Source: an uncultured Nitrospiraceae bacterium | GTDB lineage: Bacteria; Nitrospirota; Thermodesulfovibrionia; Thermodesulfovibrionales; SM23-35 | NCBI GenBank assembly: GCA_963727775.1 | Contig: CAVSHB010000004.1 | Coordinates: 288,001 to 352,000, forward strand | DNA length: 64,000 nucleotides | Direction of reading: 5' to 3' | Part shown: positions 8,994 to 19,885 of the stretch, piece after piece | How the letters are laid out: each line of letters opens with the position of its first letter | How positions within the stretch are numbered: the stretch's first letter is position 1 | Position numbers and translations under genes: made by a program | The notes under the pieces: model-generated | Databases searched by the model: none | The model's input: only the letters and a program-made list of their open reading frames with translations | Told to the model about the DNA's origin: nothing

Positions 8994-10424
8994 TTACTCG
9001 ACCAATACCCTCAATGCGCCTCGTCTGTGCGGATGTTTCAGTTTTCTAAGAGCCTTTGCCTCTATCTGCCTGACCCTTTCACGCGTTATCGAAAAATGTC
9101 CGCCTATCTCTTCAAGGGTGTAGTCTTTCTCAAACCCTATGCCGAACCTCATCCTTATAATCTCGGCTTCCCTCTGTGACAGAGTATTGAGCACCTTCAG
9201 TACATGCTCCGTCACATTATTCCTTTCCGTATTGGAATACGGAGTCGGACTGTCCGCATCACTAACAAAATCCTCGAGTTTTGATTCATCATCTCCTACC
9301 GGAGTTTCAAGAGCTATGGGGTCTTGTATCGCTGTGAATACTTCTTCGATTTTTTCTGCTGATACTTCCAATCTTTTGGCGATCTCTTCCTTACTCGGTT
9401 CCCGCCCAAGCAGTTGTCTTAGTTCCCTGGATGCTTTAGTGGCTTTATTATAAAATTCCACTGCATGCACCGGGACTCTGATGGTCTTTGTTTGATCGAT
9501 CAGCGCCCTTGTTATCGCCTGTCTTATCCACCACGTCGCATATGTACTGAACTTAAACCCCATTTCATACTTAAACTTGTCTACGGCCCTCATGAGACCG
9601 ATATTCCCTTCCTGGATGAGATCAAGCAGGGCCAATCCCCTTCCCACGTAACTTTTGGAAATATTAATCACCAGTCTCAGGTTGTGGGTTATTAATTCAT
9701 TTTTTGCTTCACTTATAAGAGTCCTTGCCTTGGTTATCCTGTCCCATTTGGCCTTCAATTCATCTATCTTGATTCCAACCTCTGATTCGATCCGTTTGTA
9801 CTTGTCCTGGACTTCTTTGGCAACGGCATTGAGTTGTTGATAATTGCTGTCCTGTCTCTTTTTCCCTTTTATTATCTTTTTTAAATTCTTTAAAGTACTG
9901 TATCTTGCAATCTTTCTGTCCGTTATCTCTATTTCAAACATGAGATTGTCGAGTAACTTCAGGCTCATTTTAACGACTTTCTCTGCTTTTTCTTCCTTAG
10001 TATCATTCAAGTCCTCTTCGCCTTTTTCATCCAGATCCGCTTCCAGTTTCTCATATAAAGGCAGTGCTGTAACTATCTCTTTGATGATCTTCTTCCCTTC
10101 AACCAGCTTTTTGGCAAGCTCTCTTTCTTCGTCCCTCTTAAGCACTGAAATATTTCCCATCGAATGGAAATATGTCTGGACAATGTCCTCCATTTTTTCA
10201 GGCTTATCTTCTTTTTCTAAAGGCGCTTCTTCCTCACCTGTAATAAAATCGATATCCTGATCATCTATGACGTCAACTCCAGCATCATGGAGAAGGTCCA
10301 TAAGTTCTTTCAGCTCATCTATGGACAAATACTCTGCGGCAATATCATTTATTTCCGCATAGGTGAGCCTTCCATGACTCTTGCCCATATCAATAATCTC
10401 TTCAAAAATATCCTCTTTTTCCAT
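8994..10424 (-). CDS. RpoD-like sigma-70 factor with region 1.1
   Basis: [51 protein letters not shown]. Confidence 0.92.
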   Translation of the reverse strand: MEKEDIFEEIIDMGKSHGRLTYAEINDIAAEYLSIDELKELMDLLHDAGVDVIDDQDIDFITGEEEAPLEKEDKPEKMEDIVQTYFHSMGNISVLKRDEERELAKKLVEGKKIIKEIVTALPLYEKLEADLDEKGEEDLNDTKEEKAEKVVKMSLKLLDNLMFEIEITDRKIARYSTLKNLKKIIKGKKRQDSNYQQLNAVAKEVQDKYKRIESEVGIKIDELKAKWDRITKARTLISEAKNELITHNLRLVINISKSYVGRGLALLDLIQEGNIGLMRAVDKFKYEMGFKFSTYATWWIRQAITRALIDQTKTIRVPVHAVEFYNKATKASRELRQLLGREPSKEEIAKRLEVSAEKIEEVFTAIQDPIALETPVGDDESKLEDFVSDADSPTPYSNTERNNVTEHVLKVLNTLSQREAEIIRMRFGIGFEKDYTLEEIGGHFSITRERVRQIEAKALRKLKHPHRRGALRVLVE

Positions 10425-10605
10425 GAGACTCCTTAAAATAAATTTGTTAATTTTTCTTGGTCAATTTACGTCTATTCTTTTTTTCACTTATTTATTTTTA
10501 ATATAAGTTAATAATATGAAGAAATAATGAAGAAAATATGAAAGAATGTGAAGAATCGGCTAACCGTTGCTTTTTGAAACGATTTCCGAAAATTATAGAA
10601 AATAA

Positions 10606-11298
10606 TTATTTATCCACTGCATCATCAAATCGGGCGCCGTCAAGTTTTGTACGTACCATATCCGCGGCTTTGAGTCGAGCGCCTCTTAAGTCAGCGCCTT
10701 CGAGGTCTGCTGCCATAAAGCTCACTTCGAGGATTTCGGTATCTCTGAGGTCCGCTGATGAGACATTTGCGCCGTTTAGGTCCGTTCCGTGCAACCTTGC
10801 CCCACGGAGATCGGCCCCGGAAAGATCAGCGCCTATCATGCTTGAACCAAAGGCATAAACATTCCGGAGTACAGACTTTACCGCATTTATTAAAACAGCT
10901 TCCGTCATTTGGAGATTAGCATCTGAAAGATCGGCTTTCTCAAAATGGGCGGAAGACATTTTTGAATTGGTAAAGTTCGCTTTCCTAAGATTCGCCTCGA
11001 AAAAGTCAGCGCCTATAAATGAAGCAAAGGTTAAGTCGGAGTTCTCAAGGTTAGCGTGTCTAAAGCTCGCACCGATGAAATTGGAACTGCTCATGTTGCA
11101 ATTAGATAAATCCGCATTGTCGAAATTCGACATGCAAACATTAGAACTGCTTAAGTTTGCACCCTGTAAATTGGAACCCGTAAACCGTACGGAGATCAGA
11201 TCAAGGTTACTCAGATCAAGCCCGGAAAGATCATGGTCCGAAACATCACCAATTTCATAGGCTATTTTTTTTACTTGTGCCCTTGAAAGCCTTTCCAA
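10606..11298 (-). CDS. Pentapeptide repeat protein
   Basis: A(D/N)LxG five-residue repeats throughout. Confidence 0.9.
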   Translation of the reverse strand: MERLSRAQVKKIAYEIGDVSDHDLSGLDLSNLDLISVRFTGSNLQGANLSSSNVCMSNFDNADLSNCNMSSSNFIGASFRHANLENSDLTFASFIGADFFEANLRKANFTNSKMSSAHFEKADLSDANLQMTEAVLINAVKSVLRNVYAFGSSMIGADLSGADLRGARLHGTDLNGANVSSADLRDTEILEVSFMAADLEGADLRGARLKAADMVRTKLDGARFDDAVDK

Positions 11299-11338
11299 TT
11301 TCCCGGCCCCCTTAAAATAAGATAATTTCTTTTATCCA

Positions 11339-11800
11339 CTATTGTTCGGCCACCTCGCCTGCGATACTCCTTAGCATATCTTTCTTGCCGATAATTCCGG
11401 TAAGTTTCCCTTCCTTTGTGACCGGCAGGAGATGGATCTTCTTCTCTGCCATTATCGTAGCAATATAGTCAACGGTTGCTTCTTCATCTACGGTAATCAC
11501 TTCTTTCGAACAAATTTCGTCCACATCCGATGCAGCCATCCTTTTGATATCACTCTCCAGTTTGCTCGTGCCCAAAGGGATATAAGCGTCAAAAAGCCTT
11601 AATATGGTAGGGATATGGAGCCTGCTGTTTTTGCTTATCAGATCATTTTCAGTAACTATACCTATTAAATTTCCATTATGGTCAACCACAGGCGCGCCGC
11701 TGATTTGATGTTTCATAAGTATCCGGGCAAGCTCCTCTAAAGTGGTGGCCGGTTTAACCGTTATTACCTTTGTTGTCATTATGTTCTTTGCCTTCAGCAT
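11339..11800 (-). CDS. CBS domain protein
   Basis: Tandem CBS motifs (ISGAPVVD...GIVTEND; LPV...GIIGKKD). Confidence 0.9.
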   Translation of the reverse strand: MLKAKNIMTTKVITVKPATTLEELARILMKHQISGAPVVDHNGNLIGIVTENDLISKNSRLHIPTILRLFDAYIPLGTSKLESDIKRMAASDVDEICSKEVITVDEEATVDYIATIMAEKKIHLLPVTKEGKLTGIIGKKDMLRSIAGEVAEQ

Positions 11801-11847
11801 GCCATCTCCTTTAATAATTTTATTTGCTGTTTTTTAAGAATTCTATC

Positions 11848-13497
11848 TTATCCGCTCTTCTTTTGTTTCATGGAATCGTCAACCGAATCAGCCCGGTAAT
11901 ACTCACCATGCCCTGGGAAAATGATTGCATACTTCCCATCTCCCTTCAAGTTACTATCCAGAGCCATTATAACATCTCTGAGGGCATCCGATTCTTTCCT
12001 GAAAAGCCGGCTGTCGCTGTTGGGATTCGTCAGGAGGTACCTGTATACACTAAGGATGTCACGGTCTTCAGGAGACAACCTATGAATATTGATCAGGAAG
12101 TCGGACGTAAAGACAAGTCCGTGTTCCCTGCTCAGGAAAAATACATGTCCGGGGATATGGCCGCCGTGACTTTCGAGGACCTGGAATTTAATATTGCCTA
12201 TTTTAAAGACATCAATGATTTTAAATTCCCTTTCTTTACCGATGCTTACCTGGGAAAAATAACGGGCTTTTTCAGGAAACCTACAGTCGGTAAATTTGTT
12301 AATAAGTCTCGTGTAATATTTATTAAGGTTGGACAATCTGCCGGACGCTCCGTATGCCCTGTTATTATGTTCTATAACACCTCTGCCGTCGGGGTGCATA
12401 AATACATCGGCGCCGAATTCTTCCGCAAAATACCCTGTTGTACCCGCATGGTCGGCATCCGGATGTGTAAGGAATATCCTCCTGACCTTCGAAGGGTCCA
12501 GTGATTTCTTTCTCATCAGCTTTTTAATGTCCTCATAATATACCCCGTACCCGGAATCAATCATGGTCATCTCATCATCATGCAGGAACAGGTAGATATT
12601 TTCGGTTGTCGGAAGGCGAAAGCTGTAAAGCACGACCCTTTCATCTATCCGAATCAAAGGCATCTCGATTACTGAAAACCTGTCACCGGCCTTACTCCTC
12701 GATTTAGACGCCAGGGCCAGTATCTTTTCAAATACATCCCCTGCATCGAGGGAGTTTCCCGCCTCCTCGTAAAACTTGATAAGGTCGGCATACAACTCCT
12801 GAGAAGAGTCGACTATCGACTTTAATTCATTGAAGTCTCTGTCTGCCAGAAGTCTGCGCAGTCTCAGGAAAAACTTTTCGACCAGCTTCAGTCCGATAAT
12901 GTGTTCTACTTCTTTTTCATCAGCCCCCTTATATAAAACCCGATAGTAATAACCGGCTTTATTGACCGCATCCAATACCCTGTCGATTTCTTCAAGGTCC
13001 TTTGTAGCCAGCGCGATAACCGCGGACTCCGGATCGATATCTTCGTCGTAGAGCATATAGATGACATTCGCGTCATGTGCTTTGAGAAGGTCCGCAAACG
13101 CGGCAAGGGTACCCGGTTTATTCACAAGACGCACTTTTATCTGAAGAATGTTCTTAAGGCTCGTAATCTGAACATCGTCTTTCTCCACGCAGGTTTCTTC
13201 AAAGATATACCAGTTCATTGCCAAAGAACTTAAAAGTGCTTCAAGATCGTTCTGCGCCGGCATCAGGACTTCAACTACAACACGGTTGCTGTGAACAGAC
13301 CTGTCATAATGGAAAAAACTGATATTGCCTCCGGAGCCGGCTATTAATAAGGCAAGGTCGGCGAGAGAACCGGGCCGGTCCTGGAGAAACACGCAGAATT
13401 TTACAACAATCTCCTTTGTTTCTTCAGCCGGAACGGAAACGCGCTTATATATTTTTACGGGCAACATGGAAAGATAATGCAAAAGCCTGTCCTTCAT
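11848..13497 (-). CDS. Tandem ACT + metallo-beta-lactamase-fold protein
   Basis: DRPGSLA and NKPGTLA ACT motifs; THPDADH, GHIPGH, FTSD, PGHG. Confidence 0.8.
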   Translation of the reverse strand: MKDRLLHYLSMLPVKIYKRVSVPAEETKEIVVKFCVFLQDRPGSLADLALLIAGSGGNISFFHYDRSVHSNRVVVEVLMPAQNDLEALLSSLAMNWYIFEETCVEKDDVQITSLKNILQIKVRLVNKPGTLAAFADLLKAHDANVIYMLYDEDIDPESAVIALATKDLEEIDRVLDAVNKAGYYYRVLYKGADEKEVEHIIGLKLVEKFFLRLRRLLADRDFNELKSIVDSSQELYADLIKFYEEAGNSLDAGDVFEKILALASKSRSKAGDRFSVIEMPLIRIDERVVLYSFRLPTTENIYLFLHDDEMTMIDSGYGVYYEDIKKLMRKKSLDPSKVRRIFLTHPDADHAGTTGYFAEEFGADVFMHPDGRGVIEHNNRAYGASGRLSNLNKYYTRLINKFTDCRFPEKARYFSQVSIGKEREFKIIDVFKIGNIKFQVLESHGGHIPGHVFFLSREHGLVFTSDFLINIHRLSPEDRDILSVYRYLLTNPNSDSRLFRKESDALRDVIMALDSNLKGDGKYAIIFPGHGEYYRADSVDDSMKQKKSG

Positions 13498-13508
13498 TGG
13501 ATCAAATA

Positions 13509-14405
13509 TTACAGATTCAGTTTCGTTAACGAAACTGGGTTTACATTTATATTAAGCACCTTGACCCCGAAATGGAGATGGGGCCCGGTCGCCCTGCCTG
13601 TTGACCCGACCAAACCTATCACATCCCCTTTTAAGACGACATCTTCCGTGCGGATATTCATTTTAGACAAGTGCATATAAATAGAATATATTCCCTGTCC
13701 ATGGTCGATGATGATTGTATTTCCTCCGAAAAAAAGATTTTCGGCCAAAACAACCTTGCCCCTGTTTGACGCCTTTATTTCCTCACCGTCGGCGCCCTTT
13801 ATGTCCACCCCTTTGTGCACGCTTGTCCATTTACCGTTCATTATCCTCTCCGTACCGAACGGGGTCAATAAACAGTTTTCAAGCGGGAGCATAAAACCGC
13901 CGTCCCAGAGCTTTTCGGATACTGTCGAAAAAATTGCGCTCAATTTTTCATCTTCTTTTTTAGACCTCATAAGATCTTCGGGTTTTAAAACCACTTTATC
14001 CTCGGGCAGAGTGATTTTTATCTGCCGGAAATGCGCTTTCTTAACACGTAATTTCAGATTCTTCTTCTTTTCACCGATTATCACTTCTACCGCGTATACC
14101 GCAGGTTTTGTTTTTATATCAACCGCTCCGACGGCAACATAACAGTCCGCCCCGCAACTGTTGAAACTGAACTTTGTGTTTTCTAAGGAAGCGGACGGCA
14201 CACTTGCAGTTTTTGACCCGGTTACCTTAATGAGGAATACGTCTCCGGGCATGACCTTTGTTGGAAAAACCTCCACCCGCAATGTTCTCGCATATGCATG
14301 GTGTGAAAGAATAAAAATTGTGGTTACTATTAGAGATACAACAATCAAAAAAGTTCGGGTATTCTTTTGCAAAGGGTCCGAGTATATCTTTTTTATGAGT
14401 TTCAT
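13509..14405 (-). CDS. M23 family metallopeptidase
   Basis: HKGVD, YMHLS, TGPHLHF motifs. Confidence 0.9.
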   Translation of the reverse strand: MKLIKKIYSDPLQKNTRTFLIVVSLIVTTIFILSHHAYARTLRVEVFPTKVMPGDVFLIKVTGSKTASVPSASLENTKFSFNSCGADCYVAVGAVDIKTKPAVYAVEVIIGEKKKNLKLRVKKAHFRQIKITLPEDKVVLKPEDLMRSKKEDEKLSAIFSTVSEKLWDGGFMLPLENCLLTPFGTERIMNGKWTSVHKGVDIKGADGEEIKASNRGKVVLAENLFFGGNTIIIDHGQGIYSIYMHLSKMNIRTEDVVLKGDVIGLVGSTGRATGPHLHFGVKVLNINVNPVSLTKLNL

Positions 14406-14440
14406 TTCCCAATCACATGAATCTTTGCGCTTGATGAAGA

Positions 14441-15346
14441 TTACGTTAAAAGAAACTCTAACAGCGCCTTCTGGGTATGGAGTCTGTTTTCCGCCTGATC
14501 GAAAACAAAGCTGCGGGGACCGTCGAAAACTTCATCGGTTATCTCTTCGCCCCTGTGAGCAGGCATACAGTGAAGCACGATCACATCTTTATCCGCATAC
14601 GAAAGGAGTCCACTGTTTATCTGGTAATTGTTAAATTTCCGCTTTTTCAACGAAGCTTCCTTCTCCTGTCCCATGCTGACCCATACATCCGTATAGACAA
14701 CATCCGCGTCCGAGACTGCTTCTTTGGGGTCGTTAACAACGCGGACACTGCCTTTTGCAGATTCCATCGACTTCATCAAAACATCGCGGTCCGGCTCATA
14801 GCCTTTAGGGCAGGCTATGACAAAATTCATGCCCATTAAAGAGGCCGCCTCGATTAAAGAATTTGCCACATTATTCCCGTCTCCCACATAAGCAAAGCGG
14901 ATACCTTTCAGCCGTCCTTTCTTTTCAACGACCGTCATTAAGTCTCCAAGTGCCTGGCATGGGTGATGCAAGTCACTGAGACCGTTGATCACCGGAACAG
15001 AAGCATAAGATGCAAATTCCGTAAGGGCAGCATGGCTGTAAGTCCTTATAACAATTGCGTCAAGATACCGTGAAAGCACTTTGGCCGTATCATGGAGAGT
15101 TTCTCCCCTGCCGATCTGAATCTCCTTCGGGTTCATATAAATGGCCTGTGCGCCGAGCTGATAAATACCCGCTTCCAGTGATACCCGCGTTCTTGTGGAA
15201 GACTTTTCAAACAGGAGGCCGATGCTTTGTCCTATCAGAGGGCATTTACCCCGGTCTTTCCCGGATTTCAGTTCAATCGCCTTTTTGAGGAGACGCTTTA
15301 TCTCTTTAGATGTCAAATCCCGCAATGTCAAAAAATCTCTTTTCAT
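14441..15346 (-). CDS. argF: Ornithine carbamoyltransferase
   Basis: STRTR, HPCQ, SMG, HCMPAHRG. Confidence 0.95.
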   Translation of the reverse strand: MKRDFLTLRDLTSKEIKRLLKKAIELKSGKDRGKCPLIGQSIGLLFEKSSTRTRVSLEAGIYQLGAQAIYMNPKEIQIGRGETLHDTAKVLSRYLDAIVIRTYSHAALTEFASYASVPVINGLSDLHHPCQALGDLMTVVEKKGRLKGIRFAYVGDGNNVANSLIEAASLMGMNFVIACPKGYEPDRDVLMKSMESAKGSVRVVNDPKEAVSDADVVYTDVWVSMGQEKEASLKKRKFNNYQINSGLLSYADKDVIVLHCMPAHRGEEITDEVFDGPRSFVFDQAENRLHTQKALLEFLLT

Positions 15347-15378
15347 GTGCGCGCGAACCTTCTCTCAACCATCAAGTT

Positions 15379-16578
15379 TTATGATAATCCTGAAAAGACT
15401 TCCTTCAGAACATTCATGAGCTGGTCGATATCTTTACGTTGTATAATCAGAGGCGGGATAAAGCGTAAAATATTTCCTGCCGTACAGTTTATCAGCATCC
15501 CCTGTTCGAGACATGCCTTCACTATAGAATCACCTTCTTTTGTCAATTCCATTCCAATGAGCAATCCTTTCCCCCTTACTTCCTTAATAAGTTTCGGGAA
15601 CGCTTCCTTAAGCTCTTCGAGTCTTTCCATAAAATACGCGCTCATCCTGTTACACTGGTCCAGGATAAAGCCATCTTCAAGGAGCGTTTCGATCGTCGCC
15701 ACCGCGGCTGCGCAGACGAGCGGGTTCCCGCCGAAAGTCGATGCATGGTTGCCCGGCTGAAAAGCAGAAGCAACCCTGTCCGTTGCAAGCATGGCTCCAA
15801 TTGGGACACCGCCGCCGAGCCCCTTCGCGATAGTCATTATGTCCGGAGTGACACCGAAGTGCTCATACGCAAAAAGTTTTCCAGTCCTGCCCATACCGGT
15901 TTGGACCTCATCAAATATGAGCAATAAATTTTTTTCGTCACATAGTCCTCTTACCTTTTTCAGATAGTCCATGTCAGGCAGTCTGACACCGCCTTCACCC
16001 TGTATCGGCTCCAATAAAACGGCACATGTATTTTCTGTTATGATCTTGCCGAGTGCATCGATATCATTGAAGGGAACATATTTAAAACCCGGCACCAGAG
16101 GTTCGAATCCCTTCTGGAATTTCTCCTGTCCGGTCGCCGTGAGCGCTGCGAGCGTCCTTCCATGAAATGAATTTTTTGCAGTCACTATCTCAAAATGTTC
16201 AGGACCGTTCTTTTCTTTTGAATATTTCCTCGCGAGTTTTATCGCCGCTTCAACCGCCTCAGCCCCTGAATTGCAGAAAAATACCTTATCCGCGAAGGAG
16301 TTCTCGATAAGCAGTTTCGCGAGCTTTATCTGCGGCTCTATGTAGTAATAATTCGAGACATGCAGCAGCCTCTGCGACTGTTTCTGGATTGCAACAACAA
16401 CACGCGGATGACAGTGTCCGAGGATATTTACCGCAACCCCGCCTACAAAATCGAGATACTCCCTGCCGTCGGAGCTCCATACCTTCATACCCCTTCCTTT
16501 TCTGAGGACAACAGGGTATCTGCCGTACGTATTCATAATATAGCGGCTTGATTCTTCGAAGCATTTTTTGATGTCCAT
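15379..16578 (-). CDS. argD: Acetylornithine aminotransferase
   Basis: NSGAEA, SFHGRT, EPIQGEGG, DEVQTG, AKGLGGG. Confidence 0.95.
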   Translation of the reverse strand: MDIKKCFEESSRYIMNTYGRYPVVLRKGRGMKVWSSDGREYLDFVGGVAVNILGHCHPRVVVAIQKQSQRLLHVSNYYYIEPQIKLAKLLIENSFADKVFFCNSGAEAVEAAIKLARKYSKEKNGPEHFEIVTAKNSFHGRTLAALTATGQEKFQKGFEPLVPGFKYVPFNDIDALGKIITENTCAVLLEPIQGEGGVRLPDMDYLKKVRGLCDEKNLLLIFDEVQTGMGRTGKLFAYEHFGVTPDIMTIAKGLGGGVPIGAMLATDRVASAFQPGNHASTFGGNPLVCAAAVATIETLLEDGFILDQCNRMSAYFMERLEELKEAFPKLIKEVRGKGLLIGMELTKEGDSIVKACLEQGMLINCTAGNILRFIPPLIIQRKDIDQLMNVLKEVFSGLS

Positions 16579-16757
16579 GTGTGTGATGATAACGGAAAAT
16601 ACATTGAAAAATCAAACAGATTGTGCCCATTCCGAGAAACGCTGCGTCGGCAATGGAATGTCTCCCCTCTGCTGAATGCTCGCATATACTTGCATTATCT
16701 GGTTTACTTTATATATATAAATATATTAAAATTTAAGACTTTTAAGGAGGTGATGTT

Positions 16758-16994
16758 TTGGTTAAGATAAGACTTACAAGATTAGGCGCACACAAAAGAC
16801 CTTTCTACAGGGTTATAGTAGCCGATTCCAGAGCAAGAAGGGATGGCCCATTTATTGAGATTCTCGGGACGTACGATCCCTTGAAAGAACCTTCAGAGAT
16901 AAAGATTGACCTGGAAAAGGCCAAACTTTGGATGCAGCAGGGAGCACAACCTACCGATAGCGTTAAAAAGCTTATGCATAGGGCCGGCTTATAG
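16758..16994 (+). CDS. rpsP: 30S ribosomal protein S16
   Basis: [17 protein letters not shown]. Confidence 0.97.
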   Translation: MVKIRLTRLGAHKRPFYRVIVADSRARRDGPFIEILGTYDPLKEPSEIKIDLEKAKLWMQQGAQPTDSVKKLMHRAGL

Positions 16995-17023
16995 GCGGCC
17001 CATAACTCGTATGGAGGTGGAAT

Positions 17024-17254
17024 ATGAAAGACTTAGTAGAAAAGATGGCGAAGGCCCTGGTAGACAGGCCTGAAGAGGTTAATGTTACGGAAGTTGACGG
17101 AGAAAAAACCACAGTCTTTGAACTCAGAGTTGCACAGACTGATCTCGGAAAGGTCATCGGAAAACAAGGGAAAACAGCGCGCGCAATGAGGACGATACTC
17201 AGCGCCTCCGGGACAAAAATAGGCAAGCGCTGCGTGCTTGAAATACTCGAATAA
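17024..17254 (+). CDS. khpA: KH-domain RNA-binding protein KhpA
   Basis: [18 protein letters not shown]; follows rpsP. Confidence 0.92.
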   Translation: MKDLVEKMAKALVDRPEEVNVTEVDGEKTTVFELRVAQTDLGKVIGKQGKTARAMRTILSASGTKIGKRCVLEILE

Positions 17255-17400
17255 ATATGCTCCTTATCGGGATGTATCAGTTGTTTCTCGCATCCCGGGT
17301 AAAGTAGAATTTAATAAAAAAGGGGTAGGAACGAAAGTAACATTTCATCTTACCCCTTAATCTTTTCAGTTCAACAGATTATCTACAGTAAGACCCGAAA

Positions 17401-18138
17401 ATGAAATTCGAAATAATCACGATCTTCCCCGAAATATTCCATGCTTATTTAGGCGAAGGGATACTCAGAAGGGCACTGCAGAAAGGATCGGTCGAGATAA
17501 ATGTCCATAATCTGCGGGATCATACAAAAGACAAACACAGGACTGTTGATGATTACCCGTATGGCGGCGGTTCAGGAATGGTCATGAAGCCTGAACCTTT
17601 TTTTGAAGCTGTCGAGACACTGCAGCCTGATAACACACGAAGGAGAGTGATCATGCTCAGCCCTGCGGGCAAGAGATTTGACCAGGACATGGCAATGGAA
17701 CTTTCTCAGGACAAAAGACAGCTTATTCTTCTATGCGGACGATACGAAGCTATCGATGACAGGGTAAGAACAGCATTGGCCGATGACGAGGTATCTGCCG
17801 GAGATTACATATTGACTGGCGGAGAACTGCCCGCTTTGGTTATAATAGACGCCGTTACGAGATTAATCCCCGGCGTGCTCGGCGACGAGCATTCTGCCGA
17901 GGAAGAGTCATTTTCATGGGGAATACTCGACTATCCCCATTATACGAGGCCCCCGGTATTCAGGGGTCTGGCAGTACCTGATATTTTGCTCTCCGGAAAC
18001 CACGGAGATATTTTAAGATGGAGGCGCAAAGAAGCGCTGCGGCGTACTTTGCTGGGGAGACCCGATCTCCTTGAAAAACACGGGCAGAGCGATAAAGACT
18101 GTATATTAATGAACGAAATAAAGGAGGAAATACAATGA
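17401..18138 (+). CDS. trmD: tRNA (guanine-N1)-methyltransferase
   Basis: [32 protein letters not shown]. Confidence 0.97.
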   Translation: MKFEIITIFPEIFHAYLGEGILRRALQKGSVEINVHNLRDHTKDKHRTVDDYPYGGGSGMVMKPEPFFEAVETLQPDNTRRRVIMLSPAGKRFDQDMAMELSQDKRQLILLCGRYEAIDDRVRTALADDEVSAGDYILTGGELPALVIIDAVTRLIPGVLGDEHSAEEESFSWGILDYPHYTRPPVFRGLAVPDILLSGNHGDILRWRRKEALRRTLLGRPDLLEKHGQSDKDCILMNEIKEEIQ

Positions 18139-18515
18139 GTTTGATGGGAGCCGTTGAGGAAAGCTTTAAGAAAGACATTACAGCCTTCAATGTCGGAGAT
18201 ACCGTAAGAGTTTCAGTAAAGGTTGTTGAAGGGGACAAAGAAAGGATCCAGCCATATGACGGTGTTGTGATTGCAAGGAGTGGAGGCAGTTCAAAAGAAA
18301 TGTTCACCGTACGGAAAATGTCATTCGGTATCGGCGTAGAAAGGATATTCCCTCTCTATTCCCCTTCTATTGACAAGATAGAAGTTTTAAAGCAGGGTAG
18401 CGTGAGAAGGGCAAAGCTGTATTATCTGAGAGGCAAGAAGGGTAAAGCGGCAAAAGTCAAGGAAAAAGAAAGGTTCTTTGAACCAAAAGCCGTCGAAAGC
18501 CGGCCAGCGGAATAA
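18135..18515 (+). CDS. rplS: 50S ribosomal protein L19
   Basis: [31 protein letters not shown]. Confidence 0.97.
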   Translation: MSLMGAVEESFKKDITAFNVGDTVRVSVKVVEGDKERIQPYDGVVIARSGGSSKEMFTVRKMSFGIGVERIFPLYSPSIDKIEVLKQGSVRRAKLYYLRGKKGKAAKVKEKERFFEPKAVESRPAE

Positions 18516-18581
18516 CACGGTTTTAATATAAAACAGATATCTGCTTTATTATTTTAACTTTTTTTATTCACTGGTATCAGA

Positions 18582-19193
18582 ATGGACATTTACCAGTATG
18601 ATGAATCTCATAGAGAAAAGGGATTCCTGCGGATAGCCGGTATCGATGAGGCAGGCAGGGGTCCTTTGGCAGGTCCTGTTGTTGCCGCCGCAGTCGTTCT
18701 GAAGGAAGGTGCAAGGATTAAAGGGCTCAGGGATTCTAAAAAGGTCCCGGAGAAGGAAAGAGAAAAGCTTTTCCCCGAGATCCAAAGTTTTGCATTGGAT
18801 ATAGGCGTCGGCATTGTAGGACCTGAAGATATAGACAGGTTGAATATTCTGAGGGCGACCAGACTTGCGATGCAGCATGCTGTTGAAAACCTTTCCGCGC
18901 AACCGGACATGCTTATCATTGACGCCCTTTCCCTGCCCGCTATCCCTATAAAACAGCTTTCCCCGATAAAGGCGGAGAGCCTAAGCGCCTCGGTTGCTGC
19001 TGCATCAATAATTGCTAAAGTTACAAGGGACAGAATAATGCTCGATTACCACCGCAGATACCCGAGTTACGATTTCGAAAAACATAAAGGCTACTCCACG
19101 AAAGAACATCTTGAAATGTTACAACTCTACGGCCCGTGTCCCATTCACAGAAAAAGTTTTTTCAGGGTCATGACACTCGAATTGCCGTTTTGA
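18582..19193 (+). CDS. rnhB: Ribonuclease HII
   Basis: GIDEAGRGPLAGPV, DSKK, AAASIIAKV. Confidence 0.96.
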   Translation: MDIYQYDESHREKGFLRIAGIDEAGRGPLAGPVVAAAVVLKEGARIKGLRDSKKVPEKEREKLFPEIQSFALDIGVGIVGPEDIDRLNILRATRLAMQHAVENLSAQPDMLIIDALSLPAIPIKQLSPIKAESLSASVAAASIIAKVTRDRIMLDYHRRYPSYDFEKHKGYSTKEHLEMLQLYGPCPIHRKSFFRVMTLELPF

Positions 19194-19223
19194 CTTTTGG
19201 CCGCTAATAGTTTAATTTAATCC

Positions 19224-19874
19224 ATGGACAAAGAACGGATAGATGAAGCGTTGGAATTGCTGTGGCTTCTCAACGAAGAAGATCATAACGGGCTCAACCG
19301 CTTCAGGCTAAGCTCGGAAGATGATGAGGTTGACGCACTCATTAACGTCTTAAAGGCAGAAGGATTGGTGGTCGTTTCCGGCGAGAGCATCAACTTTACC
19401 GAAAAAGGACGCGAAAAAGCTAAAGCCCTAATCCGGAGACTGCGCCTTGCAGAGCGGCTTTTCACGGACGTCTTCGAGATGCGCGGCGATACCGTTATAG
19501 CCGACGCGTGCAAGATGGAACATATATTAAGCGAAGAGCTTACCGACAGCGTGTGCACTTTCCTCGGCCACCCCCAGACGTGTCCTCACGGTTCTCCGAT
19601 CCCGAGGGGAGAATGCTGCAAGAAATATAAGGTTGAGGTCGAACCCGTTGTCACAAGGTTGTCCGAATTCGAGGTCGGCTCAAAGGGCAGGATTACCTTC
19701 ATCGTGCCGGCAAAACCTTCGAGGCTCAGCAAATTGAACTCTCTCGGGATAACCGCGGGGAGCATCATAAGACTCCTGCAAAGAAATCCTTCCTATGTCA
19801 TCCAGATAGACGAGACAACAGTAGCAATTGATCCTGAGATCGCAAAAGAAATATACATTAAAAAGGCTGTATAG
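19224..19874 (+). CDS. DtxR/MntR-family regulator with C-terminal FeoA domain
   Basis: RLAERL, ACKMEH, CPHGSPIP, FeoA-like tail. Confidence 0.88.
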   Translation: MDKERIDEALELLWLLNEEDHNGLNRFRLSSEDDEVDALINVLKAEGLVVVSGESINFTEKGREKAKALIRRLRLAERLFTDVFEMRGDTVIADACKMEHILSEELTDSVCTFLGHPQTCPHGSPIPRGECCKKYKVEVEPVVTRLSEFEVGSKGRITFIVPAKPSRLSKLNSLGITAGSIIRLLQRNPSYVIQIDETTVAIDPEIAKEIYIKKAV

Positions 19875-19885
19875 ACAGCCTCCAA

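Noticed and set aside
10606..11298. Pentapeptide protein as a Qnr-type resistance gene
   Set aside because: Repeats alone do not indicate Qnr function; no mobile context
16100..16111. GGTTCGAATCCC resembling a tRNA T-arm (candidate 3' half of tRNA-Leu)
   Set aside because: Lies within argD coding sequence (KGFEPL on the minus strand); no acceptor stem
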